Below are positions 58,415 to 64,000 of a stretch of DNA of 64,000 nt, piece after piece (position 1 is the stretch's first letter; every line of letters starts with the position of its first letter). A model generated the notes under the pieces. It worked only from the letters and a program-made list of their open reading frames with translations. It was not told where the DNA came from and did no database searches. The stretch lies in NCBI RefSeq assembly GCF_009914755.1, contig NC_060942.1; one strand, given 5' to 3'. This stretch comes from the human T2T-CHM13v2.0 reference genome, Homo sapiens. A program made the translations under genes and the position numbers.

Positions 58415-60428
58415 CAACACCTGAGAACTTTCAAAACTGGGTTGTTCATAATTAGAATTTTAAAAATCCACAGTCCAAATCTGATAAAGTTTTGCTCTCT
58501 ATTTAATGTCACCATATCAGAGTTGAAGGTTTCCCAAGTACCTTTTAATGATTTCACTTATTTTGTTTGATATGCTTTTGTATCTTGTGAATACCTCTTT
58601 TAAAGTATGTTAATATTTTATTTTAAGAAAAATGAAATTTTACAATATGAATAAATTTAAGATCAAAAGGTTTTAAAGTACCATCAAATATAGTCCCATC
58701 ATTTTGTCAGTGTGCTATACTGGACTACAACATAAATACTATTACTTTTAACTTAAATGGTAAGGTGGCAAGTCAACGAATCAAATGCTGTGAAAGGGCT
58801 AAGAGTATTCAAATAATATGTTTGAAAAGCTTTGGGATGAAAATTTTATATTATATTTTCAGTGCCATTTTTCTCTAGGGCTTTTGATCTGAATAAAATG
58901 CTTTAGATTTATCTTTCCAAAGCATCTTATTAACTCCATCTTCCTTAATATGGGCCCTTCGGTCAAGGCTTACTATGAAAAATACAAGTATTTATCAATT
59001 ATCAAATATAATCACCGTGGAGAAATTTTCCTATTCCGTACATCTAAATTCAGAACCTTTTTGAAAACCAAGAGTGCGTTTCGTAAAAAGAAATATGCAA
59101 AGAAAATAATGAAATTTTTTTTTTTTAGTAGTTTAGCAATGCCTATTGGACTTACATTGGTGATGATTTGATGGAGTGAATTTACCAGCACATAGTGAAA
59201 TGTAGAATGTGAATTCTGCACCAGGAAGATCTATAGAAAAAGAAAAAAAAGCAGATTATTTCTATGAGAAAAATACTCAGTAATACAAATGAAGTCAAAA
59301 AGAACAGCAAATAGAAAGTTTTTTAAAAAACACTAAGTTTTTAAGGTCTTGAAATGAACATCAATACGTAATAGTGAGAAATGCCGATAGAGGTGAACCT
59401 GTTATCCCTCTAGTCTTTCCGTTTATAAAGGATAATGGCATCAGTAAACATAGTTAGATAAAAACCAATGCCCTCACCTTAAACTGTTGGTTGTTGTGAG
59501 GGCTTACACGAAGGCAAGAAACAAGGCAGTCAATCATAAGATCCACATCTGCAGGCTGACTGCCCCTTGAGACTGGCTTACTTGGATTAAAAAGCAGGTT
59601 CTATAAAAACCCCAACAGAAAACAAAAGCCTTTAAATACCCATGCAGTATTTCTTTACTAATATGTAATAACATCAACACATTATCCATATAGATGGCAG
59701 TAAAATTCAGTTGCCAGAAGCAGCACAAAGCACCAATACTGTGGTTCATCCGCCTGATACAATTCTTCCTGTACCATATATAGGTTCCTTTCAGGCCCTG
59801 ATTGCCACATTATTTTAAACCCAAGTCGGTATATTTATGCTCATTTAAGAAAACAGTGTTTTCTTCATATTCTCAGTCCATTTAGACTGATGAACGCAGT
59901 AACAACAAAAGCAAGTCCTATGAACTTATCAAAGAAGAATCAGAACTTTAATGTTAGCAATTCTCTTTGACATAATACTTATGCTAGAAAATTAATTTAA
60001 TTTTCTTAAACTTTGTAGTAGAGAAAGAATAAGCATATTACCTTAAGATCAACCACCATGGACTGAACAAGTAGGAAAATGACAGCGTTATCTTCCCAAT
60101 TGATGTAAGTACTTGCTTTACACAGTTTGGCACAGGCAATTGCAGAACTTTTTGTCAGCTGCCTTCTTCCTCCGTGGCCAGCAAGAGCTTTTCATAGACT
60201 GTCCGGAAACAACTTCTACAGAATTCAAATATAGCGATAAGATAATATATGAAGTTTCTTCTATTCCAGATTTACCTAATATGATAGCAAATTAACAACC
60301 TCTAAAACTCATACTATAAAGAGTGCATAATTTATATTTCTGGTTTTCAATTTCATAATTTAAGTAGTGGTCATCATTTAAATGTTTCTCAAATTAAAAA
60401 AAAATCTTTTTTCTATTTTCTTTATTGA

Positions 60429-60784
<356 letters not shown>

Positions 60785-61124
60785 TTCAACTTTGAATTCA
60801 GCTGATCGTATCTTCTTTTTGATATTTAAAATCTAAATATTATACTCTCTTGGCTCTGGTCTATGATAAACTGTTCCATCCTTTTCTAACACTCCAGGCT
60901 ATATTCAAACTTCAGCCTTCTAAATAAGAATATATTCAAGGCTGTTCTGTCACTCTAAATTTGTTTCTCAAAAAAAAAAATTACATATTCTTGTGAATGT
61001 CAACCCCTCTTTACAGTTCATTAACAAATTTCTTCCCTTGGCTTTTCTCCTAAATGAATATCTCACATCTCCACCTACATGTATGCTCAAATGTAACATG
61101 TCAACACCTAAACTCACCCAACAT

Positions 61125-63965
<2,841 letters not shown>

Positions 63966-64000
63966 TAAAATTTAGAGCCTTACACTTTACAGTTTTTTTT

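Overview
Primate (human-like) genomic DNA that I recognise as the 18p11.21 pericentromeric region around ZNF519; the locus assignment rests on recall of protein sequences, not a database search. The only intact protein-coding gene is ZNF519 on the minus strand: ATG exon at 35123-35125, KRAB-A exon 27199-27325 and zinc-finger exon 7765-9257, giving 540 aa, with a dead KRAB-B exon that is skipped. The rest is a mosaic of duplicated, intron-retaining gene fossils. These are a RALGDS-like two-exon remnant (3988-4621), a FAM90A-like pseudogene (38311-39147, minus) head-to-head with an FRG2-like pseudogene (40556-42215, plus) across a spacer holding a DUX4-consensus site, an 11-exon GC-rich PPP6R2 duplicon (46448-53988) and an NF1 duplicon (exons 9, 10, 11 and 15; 55848-60215). 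Alu, L1, LTR and DNA-transposon remnants fill most of the remainder, and nearly all short ORFs in the supplied track are repeat-derived or chance ORFs.
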